From Antedon mediterranea (lineage: Eukaryota > Animalia > Echinodermata): 64,000 bases of DNA. Positions 54,486 through 64,000 of the stretch are shown here, in pieces (position 1 is the first letter of the stretch; each line of letters opens with the position of its first letter). Under the pieces are notes generated by a model, which made no database searches, had not been told where the DNA came from, and saw only the letters and a program-made list of their open reading frames with translations. The position numbers and the translations under genes are program-made. The stretch spans positions 23,578,871-23,642,870 of the forward strand of contig NC_092676.1 in assembly GCF_964355755.1 (NCBI RefSeq). The letters are read 5' to 3'.

Positions 54486-57400
54486 ATGGCACTTCCTAAT
54501 TATGAAAAAAACATAAATGTTTTAAAATTATTGGAAATACATAAATATTTTCCAAAGAAAATTACAAGAAAGGAGGCTTTAACAGTTCCTGGCGATATTA
54601 TTAAAAGGAAGGATCTCGACCACACACGTGAACTCCCCTGGTTTATGCTAGAAAATATTATTGCAGGCAACTATAAAGGTGTTTCGTTTGTAATCAACAC
54701 TCAAGATACTAAAACTCAATCAGTTGACACTCAAACTCAAGTTGAACAGTCAGATTTGTGGGAGGATGAAGATCAGTTTACTGGTAATGAAGTAAATCCT
54801 CTAGATGTATTGACGTCTTTATTTATATGCTGTGATGATTTTCTAAGGCAGATATTAGTAGAAAAACTGTCTAATTGTCAGTTGGCCATTCCGTTGCTTT
54901 TGCCAGTTATAGACGCCGCGCCACAAATGTCCTGTGTTGAGATGCTATCTTCGGCAACGAGTACTATACGAAAACAATGGAAGACTATCTCAGGGTCAGC
55001 TCAGGAGCGTTCAATGGCGGTGCATCCGTTACCTCTAGTGTCTGCTCTTCGTATAGGAAGACCTAAAGTATCGAAGTCAAAAACACTCAATGAAACAATT
55101 AACTCAGGACTGGACCATTTTTTTCACTTTAGACTTACAGGTGGAAATGCACAAAAAGTTGTTTCTAATGGCGTAGTAGAACTGATGTGGTATCTTCCAA
55201 CAGGCAATGATGAAGATAATTTTCCACGTGCATTTGGAATCATGAACCTACGAGGCAAAGTAGTTAATCATTCACTACAAAAAACCTTTATGACAAAGGC
55301 ATCATCAGTAACTGTTATCTTCTGTCAAAGCGACATATCTAAAAAGAAAGAGATGGACGTAATATCATCTTGGAATGATCAACAGAGTCATCTTATTCTT
55401 GTATTTGATGGAACACCAACTGATGAATGGAAGAAAACTGTAGAAAACGTCCGCGCCACCTACAATATGAAGCAAATAGTGAAAGTTATAACAACCTCTC
55501 ATAAGATCAATCTGGCTGAGAAACTTAAACAAGAACTTAAAAAATGTATGTCAGTTGATTTTCCTGGTCAAGTCACTCCTAAATGTTTGGAAGACTGCGA
55601 AACAATCGCGAATCTTTTCAATATTAGAATTGATGACAAAGATACAGGTAGTAATTATGAATGTAAGCTGAAGGCAATGGATATGTTGGTATGTCTTAAA
55701 GCGGAACATGACAAAGATAAACATTTACCATTACAGGCTATATCACGTGAAATTGCTTTAAAAAAATGTGAACAAATTGACATGAAATTTAAGGATATGT
55801 CAACAGAATCTTATATTGATAAGATCAAATCAGAAATAATGGATTTGCGAAAAAAACAATCTGATTTATGGAAAGATCCATCCAAGATGATTATGGTCAA
55901 GCAGTTTTTAGAATCCGTTGCTTTTATGTCTCTCGCGAGGTCATACTTTTATAATTGGACGGGTACCTTGTTAGACAGGCACTGCATACATAATTTACAG
56001 CTCATACGTGAAAAAAACCCTACATGTATGAAGAAAGATAATTCTGAAATAGTTGAAGAATTCCAAAAGAAACTATTCGATGCAAGTCTGGGCTTAGAAC
56101 ATTTGAAAAGAGAAATCGCTCAAATCTACGAGATGGCATCAGAATTGTCACGGATGGAAAGTGACATTCAGAAATTTCCAGAAAAAGCTGCTGACTTGTT
56201 AATCGATGGACAGACACTTGAGATTATGGATGGAGATGCGACTTATATTCCTACAACGTGGTTAAATGCAGTTTTTAACTGCCTTAAGGCAAAGATTAGA
56301 AATAAGAAACTATTTGTTTTATCAGTAGTTGGTGTACAAGGAAGTGGAAAATCAACCATGCTGAATACGATGTTTGGGCTGAAGTTCGCAGTTGATGCTG
56401 GCAGATGTACCAAAGGGGCATTTGCACAATTAGTTCCACTTGATGAAAATCTTTGAATAAGGTACAATAGTGACTACATCATGGTGGTTGACACAGAGGG
56501 GTTATGTGCTCCTGAATTCGCTGGAGTTGATCAAAATAAACGTGATAACAAATTGGCGACATTCATAATCGCGTTAGCTGATTGTACAATTATCAATTTT
56601 ATGGCAGATAACCAATCTGGCATTCAGGACATCCTACAGATTGCTGTGTACGCGTTGATGAAAATGAAGTTAACTAATCTAAAGCCTAGCTGCATATTTG
56701 TTCATCAGTGTAAAAGTGATTTAATGACTTCTGAGAAGAATGTAACAGCGGAGTTCAAACTGAAAGAACTACTGGACAAAGCTACAAGTACTGCTGCATA
56801 TGAACAAGGAAAATCTTTCAAATTGTTTGAAGAAGTGATCAGTTTTCATCCTGAGAAACATGTAGTCTATATTCCAAACCTATGGCTAGGAAGTATACCA
56901 AGACCAATGGCAACTATGAATCCAGAATACATCAGAAATGTTCTTAAACTCCGAAATATTGTGTTTTCTGTCATGGAAGGACGGTCGACCAGAATTGATG
57001 AATTTAGTCTCAAATTTGCTGGTGTGTCAAACGCTGTTCTTTACGAAGAATTTTCTTTTTCTTTCATACATGCTGTAGAGATACAATCTTACAATGCCTT
57101 AGAAACCGAGTATATTGATTTTTAGACAAACATGTACGAGCTACCATCATGCCTTTGCCAATGCTTGTAAAAATATTTCGGCAGAAAACATAGAAGGAAA
57201 AGCTACAGGAATACTCAAAACCTACCAACTAAAGCTGCAGCAAAGCTACGAAATACTTTGTCGTCGGATGAATGAATACATCAGCAAGAACCCAAAGTCC
57301 GCACAATGGGAAGCACAAATAAACAACAAACTGTCTATACTGAATTCGGAAATGACAAAAACATTTCAAAGTGAATTTGAAATTTTCGAAAAATCTGTCA

Positions 57401-59136
57401 TTTGGAAAACAAAAATTAACAAAGACTACTTACCAGAAATTTATAAAAAATCATGTAAACTTGCCAAAACATTAAGGAGAAACGTTCGTGAGATTGATTC
57501 GGAAGAATTGGTATCGCAGTTTAACAGAAGTTGGGAAGAATGGATTAACGATACCCCACCGATTGAACATATAAATATCGAGACCAAACTTGAAGAAATA
57601 CTCTATGATGCATTTCCTGGATACAAAAGTGTTATAGACAGCATACTGCAGAAGCTAAAGAACAAACAACAAGTTGATGTCTCAGTGGATGATGTAAACG
57701 TAGATTTTATGTCTCACTTCCCCAACTCCGCAATGTAATTTCAAAGTTTCAAGAAAAAGCAGTCATAGATACTGAAAGACGCAAAGGACGTAATTGCAAT
57801 GTATCTATCATACATGAAATCTTCAGTTTAGTACATAGTAATTTGAAAGAAGGAGATAAGTTTGAATTTACACGAGAAGGAGTAGCTAAACATACGTGCT
57901 GTGTTCTTTGGAAATCAATACCTAAATTGAAAGTTCTTCAGGAAGCCTTCATGGATCAGAATGACCCAAAAACGCTTATGCTTTCTCATAGACAGACCCT
58001 ATGGCTAGAATTCCATGACGAATTCCACAAAGTAGAAACATCACTGAAAATAGCTTCTATACTTTCTTTGCAATTGAAAGATGCCGCTACCGAAGTTTGT
58101 TTGTTTGTTTGTTTGTTTGTTTGTTTGTTTGTTGTTTGTTTTAAACGTTGTTGAATACTTAAGAACCTCACCTGAGCACAAGAATACATTTGTCAGTAAG
58201 AATAGCTTTCATGCAAAAATGCTCATTGATCTCGCCGAAGAGGAGTCATTTGAGTTAGCTAAAGGATACTTGCTAAATCCGTCATTCCGTATGTCTTCTT
58301 GGGTGGAAGAATACATCTTAAAAGCACTGCTGCAATTAGTAAAGACAAACGGTAAAGAGACGATGCTAGAAAACATTTACTACGGATGCGTGCGTAGTAA
58401 ATACAAAGACGTGCTAGAAGCAACAACCAGCGCTTGCACAAACGTCGGGCCTACTTGCAGAGTAAGCAAGTTGTGGCGAGAAATAAATTCAGGTTTTGAG
58501 CTAACAATGACACCAGTCATTGTTCGCCCTAAACACATTGACAATGATGAAATTCAAATTGACAAAATATTTGATGAGCTCTCTAGTGAACTAACAAAAA
58601 GCATGACAAAGAGAAGTAAAATTGATTTAAATAAAGATTTAAGACGTGAAATTGGAAAAGTTGTTGAATATTTTGAGAAAGATCTTGTTGGTTGTGAAGA
58701 GGTATGCCCGTTTTGCGGAGCCCTATGTGATAACACTGTCGGATGTACAACTCATCAAACTGAGTGTCATCGACCACAGGGGATTGCAGGCCAGAACTGG
58801 AACTGGTGGAACTGGAAAGGAAAGCGTGGCAATGAACTTGTAGTAGACTTATGCACAACATCAGTTGCCGACACCAAACAAAAATTTAAAAAAATCGATG
58901 TTGATAACAAATGGCATAAATACCATAAATATCATACTGTTTACAAATCATGGATGATTCCACCAATAGTGGATACAACCACACAGCTCTACTGAAAATG
59001 GTTCATGGCAACGTACAACAAAGAGTTGGCAGAAATGCATGGATGCAAGAAAGCTGAAATTCCAGATAGTTGGTACAAAATCACACGGGAAGAAGCAAAG
59101 CAGGATCTGATTAAGTTATACAACATAACAACATAA
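54486..59136 (+). pseudogene. Full-length GVIN/URGCP-like GTPase pseudogene (copy B)
   Basis: Colinear with copy A. It has an in-frame TGA at 56454-56456 within the G domain, frameshifts near 57120 and 57720, a (TTTG)n insertion at about 58095-58140, and TGG>TGA at 58993-58995. 3' flank 59137-60480 is homologous to 45960-47200. Confidence 0.92.
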
Positions 59137-61390
59137 AGGTAAGACGTTATTAATGTATGATGATGATTAATGAAATGTATTAGGATGCTCTTTTTTAGTT
59201 TGTATTGTTTGTAATTTCAAAAATAGTGGTCATTATTATGCCTAAAAAAATATTTATGATTGTATTATTTTGTTTACGAAATGAATTATTCTTTTACATC
59301 TCTTTGACGATTTTGCCGCTTAGTAAGCGTATTGTAAAATACAATCTATTCTAAAACGGAGTACAGGAGATTGAACCATTTTGTGATATGATTATAATAA
59401 ATAATGTCCAAGTTATAACTAAACAGCAAATCTCTAGGACTATTTTCATAATTTTTCAAAATTCTGAAAAACTTCTTAAACAAGAAAGAAACCTTAATTT
59501 TTTTAAATGTAATGTTACTAACAAGATTTTTTTCATTATTAACAGCTTTGGTTTGATGCCTGAACGCTTATCCACCAGTACTAAACACATTTTTGTTTAT
59601 TATTCGACCCAATATGAATTATTCAGAATTCGGAAATTTAGCATAGGGGCATGGTGGGATTGTTATAAAAACTTAAACGAAGTACGTAAATAATACAGAT
59701 AAATGGTAGGCGTATAATGCGTGAAGAGAATTTAAAATTTAGATTTTGTGTCTAAGGTTGATTGGAAAATCAGCCACTAAATTACACTAAAGAAATTACG
59801 AATAATAATATGAATTGTTATCAAGGCCATATACATGGCTGCCCCAAGTCGCGTGCACCAAAATGTTTGAACGCGACTAAAAATGTGTCGTCACGGGGAT
59901 TGTCTTGCACCAATGAGTTTGAAACTTCTCTCTCTTCGAATGGATCGGTTGCGGTAGATTAAAAAGAGCATATCGATTATAACATTACATAGCTGTGTTA
60001 TTATGTATGGCTATTGTATATTAGAAATGAAACAGCCATTACTTTAGCAGATCGTGTAGTATTATACCTATTGCAGTAGATTGCAATTTGTGTTTTTAGA
60101 GACATTTTATTAGCACTTCGTTGTTTGGTAAACCGTATAGATAGAAAGCCTTATTTTATATTAAGGTCGTTTATTGGTAATATTTGAATCAACTTAAGCC
60201 TAACTTGTTATGATGACTTATCTAAATTGTAATGTTTTATGTATGTCATTGGGTTATAATTTCAAATGTGTATTGCTCAAGAGAATTATTTTTGTGAGAA
60301 ATAACCCTGGCATTGCCATGAGATGCCTTCCCTGATAACGCAGAAAGAATCACCAATAGCAATAAATCTCAATTAGTAGGAATCATGTACAGTTGTTTGT
60401 GTTAACTTTGTTGTTGTTGATAATCACTCAATATATTTGACCAAAGCAATCAAACAATAGGATGATGAGCTCACTCTGCTAAAATATCAGTCCTTTGATC
60501 TATGATTGGCTGCGACAAATTCATACTTATAGTTGCGGCGGTTCCCGGGTGACATTTAAATCAAACGTGTCGCAACCACAGTTGAAACAATTGATCTAAC
60601 GAAGCTCAGCATCCTGTTGTTAGATTGCCATGATTCGACTGCCAGATAACATTCCGCATTACAAATAGGATGAATATGAACACACCAAAAACATGTAGGC
60701 CTACAACTTTGTGTTTAAAATGTGTTGGTCTCAATATGTGAGATTGAGCGCGTTCATGTCAACATTCCTTGTTGTTGCCCCTCCACTTCCACTCCCTACC
60801 CCCTGCCTTGTGTTTGATATTGATATTCCACCCCCCCCCCCCCCCTACGACTCTTACAATGCAGAGGTGTTACTTTTACTTGTGGAATATCAATTTTATG
60901 CCTTCTTCACTTCCTTATCAATTTTAAAATCGACAATGTCCACTTTTATCAGCATCAGTTAATTTTCTCATCAACAATCATCAATGTATTTGTGGCTTGC
61001 ATTGACATACAAATTGAACACAGAAACACATAATTTTATTTAAATTTGCACAAAATCTGAAATACATACAATTGTTAAACTATATAATATGTTGGAAAAA
61101 AAACGTTTTATATGTCTACAAAATCTTCCCCGCTTCCCTTAATTCAACATTAAAAAAATAATTTTAAGATTTATAATTATATACATAGGCCTATATATTA
61201 ATATCATTCTTGTATTTGAGCAACTTGCTGATGTGTTGTGTCGACTGTGTCGACAATTAGAAATAATTAATTATATTTAACTTTGAATTATCTGAAAACA
61301 TATGTTCCTATGATGACATAATTAATATAGGCGTTAATATTGAATACGGATTGTATATCGACCGCCATACGTTGGATATGCTATAATACA

Positions 61391-61732
61391 TTAGTTATAT
61401 TCCATACGGCGAATATTCACTCCGCTGCCCTTAGCATTAGCACTGACGGTCTTCGATACGCTAGCATCTTTTCCGACTGCAAGGTATGCGTTACCACCCG
61501 GCCCAGCATTCCTTGCTGCTTGGTTCACATGAGCTGTGGTAATTTTCTGAGATGACTTCGATTCCCAAACCTGTGGCCTTCCTGACCTACTACTAACAAC
61601 AAAATCTGCTCGGCCTCCTCCTCCTGGTACCGTAACTTCAGAACGAACTTGAGCATTCGGGTTTTGAGATGTTATGTGGCTCTTAACTTGGCCAGCAAAT
61701 GACCCGCCATGATTCTGTGAAGTGTTGGACAT
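61391..61732 (-). CDS. Small stand-alone PD-(D/E)xK (Mrr-like) protein, copy 2, 113 aa
   Basis: Intact paralog of 2427-2762 with RADFVV and WESK retained. 5'-UTR intron 61758-62514 has a GTAAG donor and tttcAG acceptor. 3'-UTR similarity to copy 1 and a candidate AATAAA at 61035-61040. Confidence 0.75.
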   Translation of the reverse strand: MSNTSQNHGGSFAGQVKSHITSQNPNAQVRSEVTVPGGGGRADFVVSSRSGRPQVWESKSSQKITTAHVNQAARNAGPGGNAYLAVGKDASVSKTVSANAKGSGVNIRRMEYN

Positions 61733-62196
61733 CTTGCAAATAGTGTCGTATAGTATTCTGAAATGTAATCATAAATTAACTGTACAACTAATTTAAATAC
61801 AAATGTTACCATTTTAAAATGTTGTTTTTTACCTTTTTGCCACAAAACACTCTTATAAAGCTTGATTTAGACGTTTCTTAATTAATTAATGGTTTGATAT
61901 CATTAAATAAACTTCTTTTTTTTTCAATTATTGCTCTATTTAGGCCTATTTAGTTATAACAAGGCCATTATAGATGGCTGCAGTCTAGTCGCATGCTCAA
62001 GTTAGTGTTTACCGACCAACCAATCGACCGACCAACCGACCGACCGACATAGTGAGATGTAGAGTCGCGTTGCACGTGACTAAAAACATTAAAATAATTC
62101 ATATTTTCATTGGAATTTGTGACTTATTAATAAAAAGTCAGTGACATAGACTGTTTATAAATGTATACATAAAGCCTTATATTAGCAACAAACAGT

Positions 62197-62420
62197 GGAA
62201 CTGTAGCTTGGTGGTTGACGTGCTCGCCTTCTAATCTAAAGGTCTGGGTTCAATCCTGACCTAGTACCAGGGTTGTTAGGGCCTACTTTCAACTCCACTT
62301 CCAAGCATCAAATGAGACTTAGTTTATAAGCACGATAAACTAGCTATAACATATAGTTTACCTCATCCTGTAATGGACGAGTTTTTGCTCGCTGTTGGAT
62401 GAGTATGAAATAAATAAATG
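62197..62420 (+). mobile_element. tRNA-derived SINE within the intron of nuclease-like copy 2
   Basis: A box TAGCTTGGTGG, B box GGTTCAATCC, (TAAA)n tail. Confidence 0.6.
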
Positions 62421-62639
62421 AAAGTATCTCGTCAATGTGATTGAATGCCGCTGTAGTACTACAAGCTAAAATAACACCAATTCTGGTAAAACATGACTGA
62501 AGCAGTAAACTTACCTTTAAAAATTATTGTAAGATTGTGATTCTAGAATTGTCGCCTTCGATGGTTCACAACTCAAGTTAGTCAATCAAATGTATATTTT
62601 CTGTGCGAATTATAAGTTAAATTCTAGTAGTGCTGAAAT

Positions 62640-62930
62640 CTGATTGGATAATTCGGTTTTCTAAAATCGAATTATTCTGGAAAAACCAACACTGATACCA
62701 TTTTAAAAAAACACTTGAAAATTGAATCTTCTGTGAAGATAAAAAGTTAATCAATAGCGCTCTAAACTCTGATTGGATAATATCTCCGCCTTTTTCATTA
62801 CATCATTCGGGAAAAACCTATATATTTGTAATCAACAGACGTGTAAATATCTTAGAGGGCTCAATATTTGACTTAGAGAGATACAAGATACGGGTAAAAT
62901 CCGCGGGAATTTACACATAAGTTTTTCCAT
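62640..62930 (-). promoter_or_regulatory. Promoter of nuclease-like copy 2 with duplicated CCAAT + kB-like module
   Basis: gattggataa at 62642 and 62771; ggaaaaacc at 62679 and 62810; gggtaaaatcc at 62892; gggaatttac at 62905; ttacatca at 62798. Confidence 0.6.
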
Positions 62931-63259
62931 CCATAATTGTAGAGACATTTCACCACTATACTGAATTTTTACAGTAGGCCTATTTAAAACATTAAAATGT
63001 TCACAGCTATAAGAAAAACCTATAGAATAATAACATGATGTGACTACTAGAATCTAGTAGTCGGGTAAAAATATGAAAATATAGGGCCTAACCCCAAAAA
63101 AATTGCAAGAAAATGTTTTTTGATGAATTACAATAAAAAATGGTCTCAAAAAACATATATCAAAAGTTTACCAAAATCGGACTACCGCAAAGGTTCAAAA
63201 TTTGACGTTAAAAAAGATGGCCGCCAATTTTTAAATCGGTAACCGCTTGTAGTAGACAG

Positions 63260-63690
63260 CTGTATTTGGTGTCAAATTGTTCAAAATATATATGTTTATA
63301 TTTACACTTTTTGAACATTTTGTTGAAACATGACCGGAAATTCCATTTTGTGACCTTTGACATATACGGCATGACGTTTAATATATCTACGTAACTGCAA
63401 ATCACAGAGTCTTGATATTGGTGTCAAAATGTTCAGAACATACATATTTATATTTACCCTTTTTAAACATTTTTTCAAACATGACCGGAAATTCCATTTT
63501 GTGACCTTTGACCCATATATGACATAAAAAAATGTTCATATCTACGTAACTAAAAATCATAGAACCTTGATATTGGTGTCAAAATGTTCGGAACATACAT
63601 ATTTATATTTACTGTTTTTGAAATTTTTTTTCAAAAATACCCGAAAACATAAGGTTTTGACCTTTGATACTTATGGCATGATATATTTTC
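63260..63690. repeat. Three degenerate tandem units of about 150 bp, probably DNA-transposon derived
   Basis: ttggtgtcaaaatgttc...tttgtgacctttgac recurs at about 63267, 63417 and 63573. Confidence 0.7.
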
Positions 63691-64000
63691 ACATACATGT
63701 ACATGAGGTATGTTTTACGCGAATGATATTTTCATGCAGAGCCTGTAATAATCAGCTTTTACGCACTTAGACACACAGCGTGTTGAAGATTCAAACGTAG
63801 TGTTTTATAAAAATTGTTAAATATAAAATACCTAAATTATTCCTAACTTGATTACAGATTAATATAGAGGAATCTTTATTTGTAATAACTGCCAGGTTTG
63901 TGGACGTTCAGTTTAATTGTTTGTTCCGACATATACCACTCTTCTGCTACTTTGTAATTTCGTCCTCGTATAAATGCTCCACACACTTTCCAAAAAAAAT

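Noticed and set aside
56454-56456. Programmed readthrough in GVIN copy B
   Set aside because: Several further frameshifts and stops downstream show the copy is a pseudogene.
60711-60962. Proline-rich 83-aa ORF
   Set aside because: It arises from a poly-C tract and low-complexity sequence, with no homology or splice support.

Overview
AT-rich (roughly 30% GC) animal genomic DNA with spliceosomal introns and many transposon fragments; the ST6GalNAc-I/II-type sialyltransferase suggests an invertebrate deuterostome such as an echinoderm (inference). From left to right: (1) the first two coding exons of a mitochondrial Mn-superoxide dismutase (SOD2, minus strand, missed by the ORF track); (2) a 111-aa stand-alone PD-(D/E)xK restriction-endonuclease-like gene; (3) Helitron and SINE/LINE debris; (4) a 7-coding-exon GT29 sialyltransferase; (5) a decaying tandem cluster of very large inducible GTPase (GVIN/URGCP, VLIG-type) genes, made up of one near-intact copy with a single in-frame TGA, one multiply disabled copy and two relics; (6) a second intact paralog (113 aa) of the small nuclease-like gene. 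The most notable feature is this pair of nuclease-like genes. They bracket the GTPase cluster, each has a non-coding first exon, and they share a promoter with NF-kB-like and C/EBP-ATF-like sites. Together these suggest a possibly undescribed inducible innate-immune effector in an immune gene island. All family assignments come from motif recognition by eye, not from database searches.
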